Below are positions 37,762 through 46,823 of a stretch of 64,000 bases of DNA, piece by piece (within the stretch, counting starts at the first letter, position 1; the number at the start of each line of letters is the position of its first letter). Origin of the DNA: Deltaproteobacteria bacterium (GTDB lineage: Bacteria > Desulfobacterota > Desulfuromonadia > Desulfuromonadales > JAAYDE01); assembly GCA_012729375.1 (NCBI GenBank), contig JAAYDE010000004.1:3528-67527 (forward strand). Reading direction: 5' to 3'. Under the pieces are notes generated by a model. The model was not told where the DNA came from and made no database searches. It saw nothing but the letters and a program-made list of their open reading frames with translations. The translations under genes were made by a program, and so were the position numbers.

Positions 37762-38649
37762 ATGAGGACTCGGCAACAGGATTCCCTCCTTTTCGGATTC
37801 ATCCTTCTTTCTCTGCTCCTCCATCTTGTGGCGGCCTACCAGTTGCCGCTGCAGCGCCTGCTGGAGGCTCCGGAGCGGCCGCGGGAGCCGATGGTGGTGG
37901 AGATGCTCCCCGCCGAGGAACCGGTCCCTTCGCCCCGGCCGAAACCCCGGGAGCTGGAGCTGCCGGAAAGCGCCCCGCAGGAACGGGAGACGCCGGCCGA
38001 AAGACTCGGTCCCCAGGATCATGTGGCCAAAGAAGAGGTGGCCCCCAAGGGGGAGGATTTCGAAGACCGAACCCCCGTCACGCCGCAAAGAAAGAGGGTG
38101 ATGCCGCAGAGAACGCCGCCTCCCGTAGCCGCCGTGCCGACGGTTCCCCAAGCGCCGAAGCCCGCCGATATTCCCCTTCCCGCGGCGCCCATTCCTCTCG
38201 ATTCTCTGATGAAGCTGCCCCAGGAGACCATCGACCGCAGCGCCCGGGAAGCGCGACGCAAAGAGCGGGAAGGGGTCAAGGAGGGGGATGTCGTCTGGCT
38301 CGACACCGAGAAGGATATCCTGGCCTCCTTTTTCAAGCGTTTCAAGGACAACATCTACCGCGTTTGGGACTACCCTTTCGCCTCCGCCCAGCGGGGCGAG
38401 CAGGGGGTGAGCCGTCTGCAAATCACCGTAAACCGTCAGGGCGTGGTGAAAAAGGTGGATGTTCTTATGGGTTCCGGTTCCGCCGCCCTCGATCGCGAGG
38501 CGGTCAAAGCCGTGAGAATGGGCTCCCCCTACGGCCCCCTTCCCCGGGAATATAAAGAGGAAACCCTGAAGATCGTCGCCGATTTTCACTATGTTCTTTC
38601 CGGCCGCAGCAAATCCCTCGGCCGCTGGGGTTACCGGCAGTCGATCTGA
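37762..38649 (+). CDS. TonB-family energy transducer
   Basis: N-terminal anchor LLFGFILLSLLLHLV, Pro/Glu/Lys-rich spacer, TonB_C-like C-terminus (YPFASAQRGEQGVSRLQITVNRQGVVKKVDVLMGSGSAALDREAVKAV). Confidence 0.75.
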   Translation: MRTRQQDSLLFGFILLSLLLHLVAAYQLPLQRLLEAPERPREPMVVEMLPAEEPVPSPRPKPRELELPESAPQERETPAERLGPQDHVAKEEVAPKGEDFEDRTPVTPQRKRVMPQRTPPPVAAVPTVPQAPKPADIPLPAAPIPLDSLMKLPQETIDRSAREARRKEREGVKEGDVVWLDTEKDILASFFKRFKDNIYRVWDYPFASAQRGEQGVSRLQITVNRQGVVKKVDVLMGSGSAALDREAVKAVRMGSPYGPLPREYKEETLKIVADFHYVLSGRSKSLGRWGYRQSI

Positions 38650-38827
38650 ACCCCTTCTCCCCCTTTTCCCCGCCGCCGAACCCTGGGCCCATGTCCGGCC
38701 CTGCCCGATGAAAAAGGGAGAATGACTTTCCGTATTGGTTGGTTTTTTCTGTGATATAATGGGCTTTGCCGGATGTTCCGGAAGGCATCAATCACACATA
38801 TATTTCCAATTCAAGGGGGAGAGAGTC

Positions 38828-39289
38828 ATGCTGAAAGAGTTCAAAGAATTTGCCATGCGCGGCAATGTCGTCGACATGGCCGTGGGGATCATCATCGGCG
38901 GCGCCTTCGGCACCATCGTCAAGAGTCTGGTGTCGGACATCCTCATGCCGCCGCTGGGGCTGCTCATGGGCGGGGTCGATTTCTCCAATATCTTCCTGGT
39001 CCTTAAAGAAGGGGCCAAACCGGGTCCCTACGCGGCTCTCACCGATGCCCAGGGCGCGGGCGCGGTGACCATCAATGTCGGCGTTTTCGCCAACACGGTG
39101 ATCAGCTTCATGATCGTCGCCTTCGCCGTTTTCCTCCTCATCAAGGGAATCAACACCCTGCGTCGCCAGCAGGAGGAGCCGGCCCCCGAACCGACCAGCA
39201 AAGACTGCCCTTTCTGCATGAGCGCCATCCCCATCAAGGCGAGACGCTGCCCCCACTGTACTTCCGAACTGGAGGGCGCCACCGCCTGA
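38828..39289 (+). CDS. mscL: Large-conductance mechanosensitive channel with C-terminal CxxC...CxxC extension
   Basis: ATG at 38828 ([28 protein letters not shown]). 153 aa. C-terminus [18 protein letters not shown]. Confidence 0.9.
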   Translation: MLKEFKEFAMRGNVVDMAVGIIIGGAFGTIVKSLVSDILMPPLGLLMGGVDFSNIFLVLKEGAKPGPYAALTDAQGAGAVTINVGVFANTVISFMIVAFAVFLLIKGINTLRRQQEEPAPEPTSKDCPFCMSAIPIKARRCPHCTSELEGATA

Positions 39290-39315
39290 TTCACCTGGTT
39301 TGCACGGCCTGTTGG

Positions 39316-39358
39316 AAAAAAAAACGGCGGGGATCCAGATATCCTCGCCGTTTTTTTT
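39316..39358. terminator. Bidirectional intrinsic terminator (A9-hairpin-T8)
   Basis: ACGGCGGGGAT...ATCCTCGCCGT stem with one G-U pair, flanked by A9 and T8. Lies between convergent mscL and the PEP-binding-domain gene. Confidence 0.85.
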
Positions 39359-39377
39359 CCAAAATGATGCTGCTGTT

Positions 39378-39474
39378 GGTGACTGGTGATCGGAGGTTGG
39401 TTATGTATCTGATTTTACTAGTCACCAGTCACCAGTCACCAGTTTCCAGTTATCAATCACTAGTCACCACTTGT
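39378..39474. repeat. Intergenic element C (complement arm GGTGACTGGTGAT facing seven forward heptads)
   Basis: Heptads TAGTCAC CAGTCAC CAGTCAC CAGTTTC CAGTTAT CAATCAC TAGTCAC at 39419-39467. The left arm at 39378-39390 is complementary to the CAGTCAC units. Confidence 0.85.
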
Positions 39475-42090
39475 TCAGTCGGGATCGAAATAGCAGATCG
39501 CCCGCTGTTTGAGGGTGTTGGCGTTGATTCTGAGAACGGGTTTCCGGGGCAGATCACTGCAGTCAATGACTTTCACCGCCTCTTCCTGTCGCGGATCGAC
39601 GTCGGGCACCAGCTCCCGCAATTTGCTGGGTGCCTGGCGGAAGAAGACATCATTGACAACGCCGTCCTTCTGGTGGGGGAAGACGGCCAGGTAAAGCATG
39701 TCCATACCAACGATTTCGCTGAAAAAATGGGTGCCCAGGGAGACATCGGGGATGAGATCGTCACGCATGGTGACGATCTCGACGAGGATGGTGACCCGGT
39801 TGATCTGGGAAAAAGTGACCGGAACCCCCAGGGAGGGCGTGGTGCTCCCCCAGCGTCCCGGTCCCAGCAACATGATGGTTCCCTGGTAGCCGGGATCGGC
39901 GCGCATTATTTTCCCGATCAGTTGGGCGATTTCGTACCGCTCGCCCATGGGGAGATGCCCGTAGACGGAGGGGACGACATAGATCAGGCGGTCGATGCGG
40001 GCGATGCGGCTTTGGCCGATGATGGCCTTGCGGGTTTCCAGGAGCACATCCTCCGGGCGGAGATCATCCGGCGGGTCGGCGGTGTCCTCAACCCCCTTGA
40101 CCAGCAGCGGCCGGCATTGGACCAGGTTGATGCGATAACCGCCGTCGGCGAGGAAATTGCCGGTGAACTCGATATCCACCGGGTGGTTGTATTCCTCGTG
40201 AAGGGTCCGCAGGATTTCCCCCATATCCATGGCAAAGGGTGTTTTTCTCAGCAGGTGATCGAAGGTCAGCACCCAGGGGGAGATGATTTCCCGGCCCAAC
40301 TGGCGGGAGAATTCCTCGATGGTGCGGTCGCGGGAGGCGAACTTGGCCACCGGCAATCTGCTGCCGCTTTCCCTGGTGACGTCGGAAAAGTCCATGGTCA
40401 ACAGCTGGTTGGCTGTCAGATCCAGGATATCGACCTTGCGCTGGCAGTATTTTCCAGGGTTTTCCACGACCCCCTCGGGGCGCCGTTCGGGATCGTTGAG
40501 AGCCACCAGCCGGGTGTAGTCGTCATCGCTGCGGTTGACCGCCCGTGTTCCCAGGCCGAAGACCAGTCTCAGTACCCCCGCTTGCGGATCGATGGTTTTG
40601 TCCCAGACATAGGGGTTGAAGGAGAAGCCGACGCCGGCGATCTGAGGGTAGAAATAGTGCTCGTAGAACGCCCCCGAAACGCGCTGGACCAGAAGGCTCA
40701 TCTGCTCGTCGCGGTCGAGCAGTCCGTGTTTGGCCCGATAGCGCAAGGCTTCCTCGCTCATGGCACTGGCGTAGACGGTGCGCACCGCCGAGAGAAAATC
40801 CTCGAGGCGCTGGGAGCGGGACCCCTGATTGGCGCAGAAAACGCTTTCGTATTTGCCGACGAAGGCGTGGCCGAAATTGTCTTCGAGGAGACTGCTGGAG
40901 CGCACGATGATGGGGGACTGCCCGAAGTAATCGAGCATGTCCGAAAACTCCTTGATCAGATACTCGGGGAAAGAACCGCGCAGGGTCAGGCGCCGTGCCT
41001 CCTTGGCCCCCTGGAGAAAGGTGTCGGGGTGGCGCATGGTTTCCCGCAGCCACCAGGCGCCGTTTTTGACCAGGAAGGTGTAGAAGACGTCCGAGGTGAT
41101 ATAGAAGGAGTCGTGGATCTCCAGGAGTTCGCTCAAGCGCGGGTTTTTGCGGCGCAGAATCGCCCGGGCGAGGAGCATGCCGACGGTTTTTCCGCCGATC
41201 AGCCCGGTGCCGATCATGCGGCTGCCGATGGCGGTCAGATCCGAAAGGGTCAGGTATTTTCTGGCCAAATCCAGAATCCGTTCGTCCCTGGATACGGCCA
41301 TCCGCAGAAGGCGTTCGAAACAGAGGTTGGCCTCGGTCAGATCGCAGCTCGAGGATTCCAGGTCGTCATGCATGCGCGCCGCTTTGGAAAAGTTGCGGCT
41401 CCAGGAGTCCATATCCTCGTTCCCCGATTTCAGGGAGGGGCGGGAGCGGGAAGAGAGGATTTCGGCGACGGTGACGCTGTCGATGACCGGTTGGAAACCG
41501 TCATCGCCCCAGGTATGGAGCATGTACATGGTGGGGGAATGGCGGTGCTGGACCTTGAGGGGGTGCAGATAGAGACGTTCCCGGTGCCGGTAGGCGTCGA
41601 GAAAGAGCTGGGTGGTGTTGGTGATCGGCCCCGTCGCCCGAAAGGAGTGATGGTTGCGGATCACGGCGAAGTAGGCGATGCTCTCCATGTCGAAAAGATA
41701 GGGGCAGGTCAGAACGAAGAAATTGGCCAGCATCTGGTCGCTGTACCAATCCGCCAACAGGTCCGATAAGCAGTCGAAGACGTAAAAGGCCCGCTTGCCC
41801 ACCTTTTCAATGATGCGGTGGATGTTGGCCAGGAAGGACTCGAAACCGTCTTCGGGATTGAAAAAATGGGTTTCCACCGCGAGGTTTTCCGGAATCAGCA
41901 TCGGGTGGCGGGCGAAACGGAAATAGACCACCGGCCGGCCGCTGCGTTTACCTTTTTCCACATAGGGTTGAATAAAAGGAACATAGTCCTCGACGGTGTC
42001 GACCTGCCAGACCACGTTGTCTCCGGGGAGCAGGCCCCCAAGAATCCGGTCCAGGGTGTCGATGCCGGTGCCCATTTCACGGTTGATCAT
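39475..42090 (-). CDS. PEP/pyruvate-binding (PPDK_N ATP-grasp-like) domain protein with a RecA/KaiC-like N-terminal domain lacking a Walker A motif
   Basis: 871 aa. N-terminus GTGIDTLDRILGGLLPGDNVVWQVD resembles KaiC/RadA-type domains but has no GxxGxGKT. The central region (IIVRSSSLLEDNFGHAFVGKYESV...) is typical of PPDK_N. The C-terminus has GPGRWGSTTPSLGVPV...GTHFF. Confidence 0.7.
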   Translation of the reverse strand: MINREMGTGIDTLDRILGGLLPGDNVVWQVDTVEDYVPFIQPYVEKGKRSGRPVVYFRFARHPMLIPENLAVETHFFNPEDGFESFLANIHRIIEKVGKRAFYVFDCLSDLLADWYSDQMLANFFVLTCPYLFDMESIAYFAVIRNHHSFRATGPITNTTQLFLDAYRHRERLYLHPLKVQHRHSPTMYMLHTWGDDGFQPVIDSVTVAEILSSRSRPSLKSGNEDMDSWSRNFSKAARMHDDLESSSCDLTEANLCFERLLRMAVSRDERILDLARKYLTLSDLTAIGSRMIGTGLIGGKTVGMLLARAILRRKNPRLSELLEIHDSFYITSDVFYTFLVKNGAWWLRETMRHPDTFLQGAKEARRLTLRGSFPEYLIKEFSDMLDYFGQSPIIVRSSSLLEDNFGHAFVGKYESVFCANQGSRSQRLEDFLSAVRTVYASAMSEEALRYRAKHGLLDRDEQMSLLVQRVSGAFYEHYFYPQIAGVGFSFNPYVWDKTIDPQAGVLRLVFGLGTRAVNRSDDDYTRLVALNDPERRPEGVVENPGKYCQRKVDILDLTANQLLTMDFSDVTRESGSRLPVAKFASRDRTIEEFSRQLGREIISPWVLTFDHLLRKTPFAMDMGEILRTLHEEYNHPVDIEFTGNFLADGGYRINLVQCRPLLVKGVEDTADPPDDLRPEDVLLETRKAIIGQSRIARIDRLIYVVPSVYGHLPMGERYEIAQLIGKIMRADPGYQGTIMLLGPGRWGSTTPSLGVPVTFSQINRVTILVEIVTMRDDLIPDVSLGTHFFSEIVGMDMLYLAVFPHQKDGVVNDVFFRQAPSKLRELVPDVDPRQEEAVKVIDCSDLPRKPVLRINANTLKQRAICYFDPD

Positions 42091-42157
42091 ATGCCGGGTT
42101 TCTCCTTTGCAAAGGTTTGCGGGAAAAGCAAGGATTCATTTTCATGGCGGGGAATGA

Positions 42158-43396
42158 TCATAGGTCCGCCTGCGTATTTCTCGAGTCATCGGTGTCGGGC
42201 AGGGTGGTGGGAAACCCTGCAGCCCTGAATGCGCCCAGGATCTCGTGCAGATGAGGCAGACCGCGGGTCTCGAGGATCACTTCCAGCTGTACCGTTTTCA
42301 GGGCAAGACGGGTGAAGGCCCGCTGGTGGGAAACTTCGACGATATTGGCGTTGGCGGCGCCGAGAATGCGGGTCACATCGGCCAGGGAGCCGGGATGGTC
42401 GGGGATCTCGACGCGGAGACGCACCAGCCTGCCGCTGCGGGCCAGGCCACGCTGAATGATCGTGGCCAAGATCAGCAGGTCGATGTTTCCTCCCGAGAGG
42501 ACGAGTCCCACCTTGCGCCCCCGGAACCTTTTGCGGTGATTGAGCAGCGCCGCCAGGCCGACGGCGGCGGCCCCCTCGACTACCGTTTTTTCCACTTCGA
42601 GCAGCAGCAGCACGGCGGCCTCGATATCGTTTTCCTCCACCAGGAGGATATCGTCCACCAGTTGCCGGATGATGCCCAGGGTGATTTGCCCCGGCTGTTT
42701 GACGGCGATCCCTTCGGCGAAGGTGGCGGCGCCGCAATGGATGGGGAGCCCGCGGATGGCCTGAAGCATGGAGGGGAAGCGGACGGTCTCGACGCCGATG
42801 ATGTCGATGGCCGGCTTGAGTCCCCTGGCGGCGACGGCCATGCCGGAGATCAGCCCGCCGCCCCCTACGGGCACCAGCAGCGCCTCCAGGTCGGGATGGT
42901 CCTCGAGCATCTCCAGGGCGATGGTTCCCTGGCCGGCAATTACTTTTTCATCGTCGTAGGGATGAAGGAAGGTGAGTTTCCGTTGGACCATAAGTTCGTG
43001 GGCACGTAAGGCAGCCTCATCGAGAGTTTCTCCGTGAAGGACGACCTCGGCGCCGAAGGCGCGAGTCTGCTCCACCTTGACGTTGGGGGTGAAACGGGGC
43101 ATGATAATCAGCGCCGGTATGCCGAGGCGCTGGGCGTGGTAAGCGACCCCCTGGGCGTGGTTGCCCGCCGACATGGCGACGACGCCGGCGCGCCGTTCCC
43201 CTTCGGCAAGTGAGAGGAGCTTGACCAAGGCGCCTCGTTCCTTGAAGGAGGCGGTGAACTGAAGATTCTCGAATTTCAGGATCACTTCGGCGCCGGTTAT
43301 TTCCGAAAGAGTCCGCGAAGGGGCGCAGGGGGTGCGGGGAATGCGGCCGCGGATCGCGGAGGCGGCGCGGCGGACATCGTCCAGGGTAAGGGTCAT
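42158..43396 (-). CDS. ilvA: Threonine ammonia-lyase (threonine dehydratase) with C-terminal ACT-like domain
   Basis: 412 aa. PLP-lysine motif FTASFKERGA and glycine-rich loop VGGGGLISG. Confidence 0.9.
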   Translation of the reverse strand: MTLTLDDVRRAASAIRGRIPRTPCAPSRTLSEITGAEVILKFENLQFTASFKERGALVKLLSLAEGERRAGVVAMSAGNHAQGVAYHAQRLGIPALIIMPRFTPNVKVEQTRAFGAEVVLHGETLDEAALRAHELMVQRKLTFLHPYDDEKVIAGQGTIALEMLEDHPDLEALLVPVGGGGLISGMAVAARGLKPAIDIIGVETVRFPSMLQAIRGLPIHCGAATFAEGIAVKQPGQITLGIIRQLVDDILLVEENDIEAAVLLLLEVEKTVVEGAAAVGLAALLNHRKRFRGRKVGLVLSGGNIDLLILATIIQRGLARSGRLVRLRVEIPDHPGSLADVTRILGAANANIVEVSHQRAFTRLALKTVQLEVILETRGLPHLHEILGAFRAAGFPTTLPDTDDSRNTQADL

Positions 43397-43689
43397 GGCA
43401 AAGTCTCCCGATCTCTGACACCGGCGCTGTGGAGCTTCTTTTCTGGCGTCTGCGCACCGGGGTAATTCAGTTTAAGCGCCGATTTGTTTTGCTTCGCCAG
43501 CCGGCTCCTTAACCCGGTTTTTCCCGGGGTTGCCTGGACGAAGGAGAATTCTTGTTTTTTTTCAATGGTTTTCAATCGGGTCAGGAATAATATGGGAATT
43601 CCCCGGCCGGCGCAAGAAACTTTTCCGCGGAATCCATAACTATCATAAAATCCTTGACAGACTATTGGATAATCCTGTATGAAATAATC

Positions 43690-43763
43690 CCAAAATTTAC
43701 CGAACCGCACAATGGTGTGCGTATTTTTGAGACAAAGGCGTCCCTGAACGGGCGCCTTTTTTT
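43690..43763 (+). ncRNA. Candidate small RNA or leader: promoter-like element plus two hairpins ending in an orphan intrinsic terminator
   Basis: TTGACA (43654-43659), 18-nt spacer, TATGAA. Hairpin CGCACA-ATGG-TGTGCG (43706-43721) plus T5. Terminator AAAGGCG(T)CCC-TGAA-CGGGCGCCTTT plus T7 (43734-43763). There is no upstream + strand gene to terminate. Confidence 0.3.
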
Positions 43764-43883
43764 GTTCCATGATGCCGCAGCCGCCAAGAAGGAATAAACA
43801 AAGAATTTGCCAAGGCAGTGAATACCGGCCGCGGCCGCCGGATCCCCCAGGGGACGGAAAGCGGCCGGTCAGTTATGAATCAA

Positions 43884-43905
43884 CCGGAAGGGTTCCGGAT
43901 ATAAT
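43884..43905 (+). promoter_or_regulatory. Putative gdhA promoter -10 (TATAAT) abutting a CCGGAA-GGG-TTCCGG palindrome
   Basis: TATAAT at 43900-43905, 38 nt upstream of the gdhA ATG. Perfect 6-3-6 palindrome at 43884-43898 in the spacer. The -35 region is weak. Confidence 0.4.
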
Positions 43906-43943
43906 AAAAACAGAGAAAATTCACAACCAAGAGGATCCAGACC

Positions 43944-45284
43944 ATGACAACAAAGATTCAGGAGTTTCTTGAAGCCGTCGTTCGCAAGAATCCCGGGGAG
44001 ATCGAATTTCACCAGGCAGTTACCGAGGTTGTCGAATCGGTCATGCCGTTCATTGAAGAGAATCCCAAGTATGAGGAAGCCCGCATCCTGAAAAGGATGG
44101 TGGAGCCGGAGCGGGTGATCATCTTCCGCGTTCCCTGGGTCACCGACAAAGGAGAGATCAAGGTCAACCGCGGTTTCCGCGTCGAAATGAACAGTGCCCT
44201 GGGACCTTACAAGGGGGGGCTGCGCTTCCATTCCAACGTCAACCTGGGCACCCTGAAGTTCCTCGCCTTTGAACAGATTTTCAAAAACAGCCTGACCAGC
44301 CTGCCGATGGGCGGTGGCAAGGGGGGGTCCGATTTCAGTCCCAAGGGCAAAACCGACAACGAGGTGATGCGTTTCTGCCAGAGTTTCATGACCGAATTGC
44401 AGCGCCATATCGGGCCGGATACCGACGTTCCCGCCGGAGACATCGGCGTCGGTGCGCGGGAGATCGGCTACCTGTTCGGCCAGTACAAACGGATTCGCAA
44501 CGAGTTCACCGGTGTGCTCACCGGCAAGGGGCTGAACTGGGGGGGCAGCCGGATCCGCCCCGAAGCGACCGGTTACGGCTGCGTCTATTTCGTTGAAGAG
44601 ATGATGAAGACCCACGACGACTCGCTCCAGGGCAAGGTCTGCACCGTTTCCGGTTCCGGCAATGTCGCTCAGTACACCGTCCAGAAGCTGATCCAGCTTG
44701 GCGCCAAGGTGGTCACCGTTTCCGACACCCAGGGCTATGTGTACGACAAGGACGGTATCGACCAGGAGAAACTGGATTACATCCTGGTCCTGAAAAACAT
44801 CCGCCGCGGCCGGATTCGGGAGTACGCCGAGAAATTCAAATGTGAATTCCATGAGCACCAGCGCCCTTGGGGGGTTCCCTGCGACGCGGCCTTTCCCAGC
44901 GCCTATCAGAACGAACTGAACGGCGACGATGCCCGCAAGCTGGTGGCCAACGGCTGCCGGGCCGTCGGCGAGGGGGCCAACATGCCGACCACCCCCGAGG
45001 GGGTGCGGGTGTTTCTCAACGGCAAGGTGCTTTTTGGTCCGGGCAAGGCGGCCAACGCCGGCGGCGTGGCCACCTCGGGCTTGGAGATGAGCCAGAACAG
45101 CATGCGCCTTTCCTGGCCGATGGAGGAAGTCGACCGGCGCCTACATGAAATCATGATCGCCATCCACAAGAACTGCGTGAAATACGGGCGGGATGCGGAT
45201 GGTTTCGTCAACTACGTGAAAGGGGCCAACATCGCCGGCTTCATCCGCGTAGCCGACGCCATGATCGACCAGGGGCTGGTTTAA
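43944..45284 (+). CDS. gdhA: NADP-specific glutamate dehydrogenase
   Basis: 446 aa. LPMGGGKGGSDF catalytic-Lys motif and Rossmann VSGSGNVA. Confidence 0.95.
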   Translation: MTTKIQEFLEAVVRKNPGEIEFHQAVTEVVESVMPFIEENPKYEEARILKRMVEPERVIIFRVPWVTDKGEIKVNRGFRVEMNSALGPYKGGLRFHSNVNLGTLKFLAFEQIFKNSLTSLPMGGGKGGSDFSPKGKTDNEVMRFCQSFMTELQRHIGPDTDVPAGDIGVGAREIGYLFGQYKRIRNEFTGVLTGKGLNWGGSRIRPEATGYGCVYFVEEMMKTHDDSLQGKVCTVSGSGNVAQYTVQKLIQLGAKVVTVSDTQGYVYDKDGIDQEKLDYILVLKNIRRGRIREYAEKFKCEFHEHQRPWGVPCDAAFPSAYQNELNGDDARKLVANGCRAVGEGANMPTTPEGVRVFLNGKVLFGPGKAANAGGVATSGLEMSQNSMRLSWPMEEVDRRLHEIMIAIHKNCVKYGRDADGFVNYVKGANIAGFIRVADAMIDQGLV

Positions 45285-45309
45285 AATCAAGCATCTTTAA
45301 GGAAAAGGA

Positions 45310-45333
45310 AAGGCCGCGGCATGCCGCGGCCTT
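45310..45333. terminator. Hairpin shared by convergent gdhA and gcvPB
   Basis: AAGGCCGCGGC-AT-GCCGCGGCCTT (10-bp GC stem after opening the inner pair). Weakly T-rich on both sides. Confidence 0.7.
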
Positions 45334-45359
45334 ATTTCATCAAGGAACAGGGTTTTTGT

Positions 45360-46823
45360 TTACGGGTTTTCATGGCGCCAGCGCAGGCGCGGCTTGCGCG
45401 CCGCCAGCACCTCGTCGAGACGGCGGACGAGGGTGCGCCGCGGTGCCTCCTTGAGCAGCTCGGGGGAACTCCGCGCCTCTTCGGCGATGCGCACCATGGC
45501 CGCGCAAAACTCGTCCAGGCTCTCCTTGGTTTCCGTCTCCGTCGGCTCGATCATCAGCGCCCCCTTGATTACCAGGGGGAAATAGACCGTCGGTGGATGG
45601 AAGCCCAGGTCGATGAGCCGCTTGGCCACATCGAGGGTGTGGCAGTCTCCCGGCAGGTGCTGATCGGAAAAGACCACCTCGTGCAGGGAGCGTTCCGTGT
45701 GGGGCAGATGGAAGTGCCCTTCGAGGCGGCTGCGGATGTAGTTGGCGTTGAGCACCGCCATTTCCGTGGCCTGGCGCAGCCCGGCGGCACCGAGCATGCG
45801 GATGTAGGTGTAGGCGCGGACGAGAACGGCGAAGTTCCCGTAAAAGGCGCGCAGCCGGCCGATGGAGTCGGGGCGCTCACGATCGAAACGGTAACCGTCG
45901 CCGTCGCGGACGATGCGCGGCCGGGGCAGGAAGGGCTCCAGCTCTTTGGTGACGCCGATGGGGCCGGCGCCGGGGCCGCCGCCGCCATGGGGGGTGGAAA
46001 AGGTCTTGTGAAGGTTGAAATGCATGACGTCGATGCCGGCGTCCCCCGGCCTGGAGATGCCGAGGAGGGCGTTGAGGTTGGCGCCGTCGCAATAGACCAG
46101 CCCTCCCTTGGCGTGGACCGCTGTGCAGATGGCGGCGAGCTCTTTTTCAAAGAGGCCCAGGGTATTGGGGTTGGTGATCATGATCGCCGCCGTCTCTTCA
46201 TCCATGGCCGCGGCGACGGTGGCCGCGCTCAGGCAGCCGTTGGAGGCCAGCGGGGTCACCTCGTAGCCGCAGAGGGCCGCCGAGGCGGGATTGGTGCCGT
46301 GGGCGGTGTCGGGGATCAGCACCTTGCGGCGCGGGTTGCCGCGCTTCTCGTGGCTGGCGCGGATCACCATCATGCCGGTCAGCTCGCCGTGGGCGCCGGC
46401 CGCCGGATGGAGGCAGACGGCCGGAAACCCGCTGATCTCGCCGAGGAGTTCCTCCAGATGATGAATCAGCGCCAGTGCCCCCTGGCTGAGATCCTCGGAA
46501 GTGTAGGGGTGCAGCAGGGCAAAGCCGCCGATGCGTGCCGCCGCCTCGTTGACCTTGGGATTGTACTTCATGGTGCAGCTGCCCAGGGGGTAGAAGCCCG
46601 AGTCGACCCCGTAGTTCCAGGAAGAGAGGCGGGTGAAGTGGCGTACCACCTCCACTTCCGAAACCTCGGGAAAGCCTTCGATATCGTCCCGCGCCAGTTC
46701 CGCGGGGAGTTGCGCCCCGGGCACGTCTAATTCCGGCAGACGGCAGCCGCCGCGTCCGGGGCGGGAATGTTCGAAAATCAGTTTTTCGCGCAGCGCCAGG
46801 CCGCCGGTTCCCACTTCGTTCAT
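45360..46823 (-). CDS. gcvPB: Glycine dehydrogenase (aminomethyl-transferring) subunit 2
   Basis: 487 aa. PLP-lysine block HFNLHKTFSTPHGGGGPG. Start overlaps the gcvPA stop (ATGA). Confidence 0.95.
   Translation of the reverse strand: MNEVGTGGLALREKLIFEHSRPGRGGCRLPELDVPGAQLPAELARDDIEGFPEVSEVEVVRHFTRLSSWNYGVDSGFYPLGSCTMKYNPKVNEAAARIGGFALLHPYTSEDLSQGALALIHHLEELLGEISGFPAVCLHPAAGAHGELTGMMVIRASHEKRGNPRRKVLIPDTAHGTNPASAALCGYEVTPLASNGCLSAATVAAAMDEETAAIMITNPNTLGLFEKELAAICTAVHAKGGLVYCDGANLNALLGISRPGDAGIDVMHFNLHKTFSTPHGGGGPGAGPIGVTKELEPFLPRPRIVRDGDGYRFDRERPDSIGRLRAFYGNFAVLVRAYTYIRMLGAAGLRQATEMAVLNANYIRSRLEGHFHLPHTERSLHEVVFSDQHLPGDCHTLDVAKRLIDLGFHPPTVYFPLVIKGALMIEPTETETKESLDEFCAAMVRIAEEARSSPELLKEAPRRTLVRRLDEVLAARKPRLRWRHENP

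Noticed and set aside
43393-43770. The 125-aa ORF (-) in the ilvA/gdhA spacer, and the small ORFs in the 20331-20817 and 55286-55683 spacers.
   Set aside because: They have no RBS or recognisable motif and an atypical composition. They overlap promoter and terminator-like elements and are most likely non-coding.
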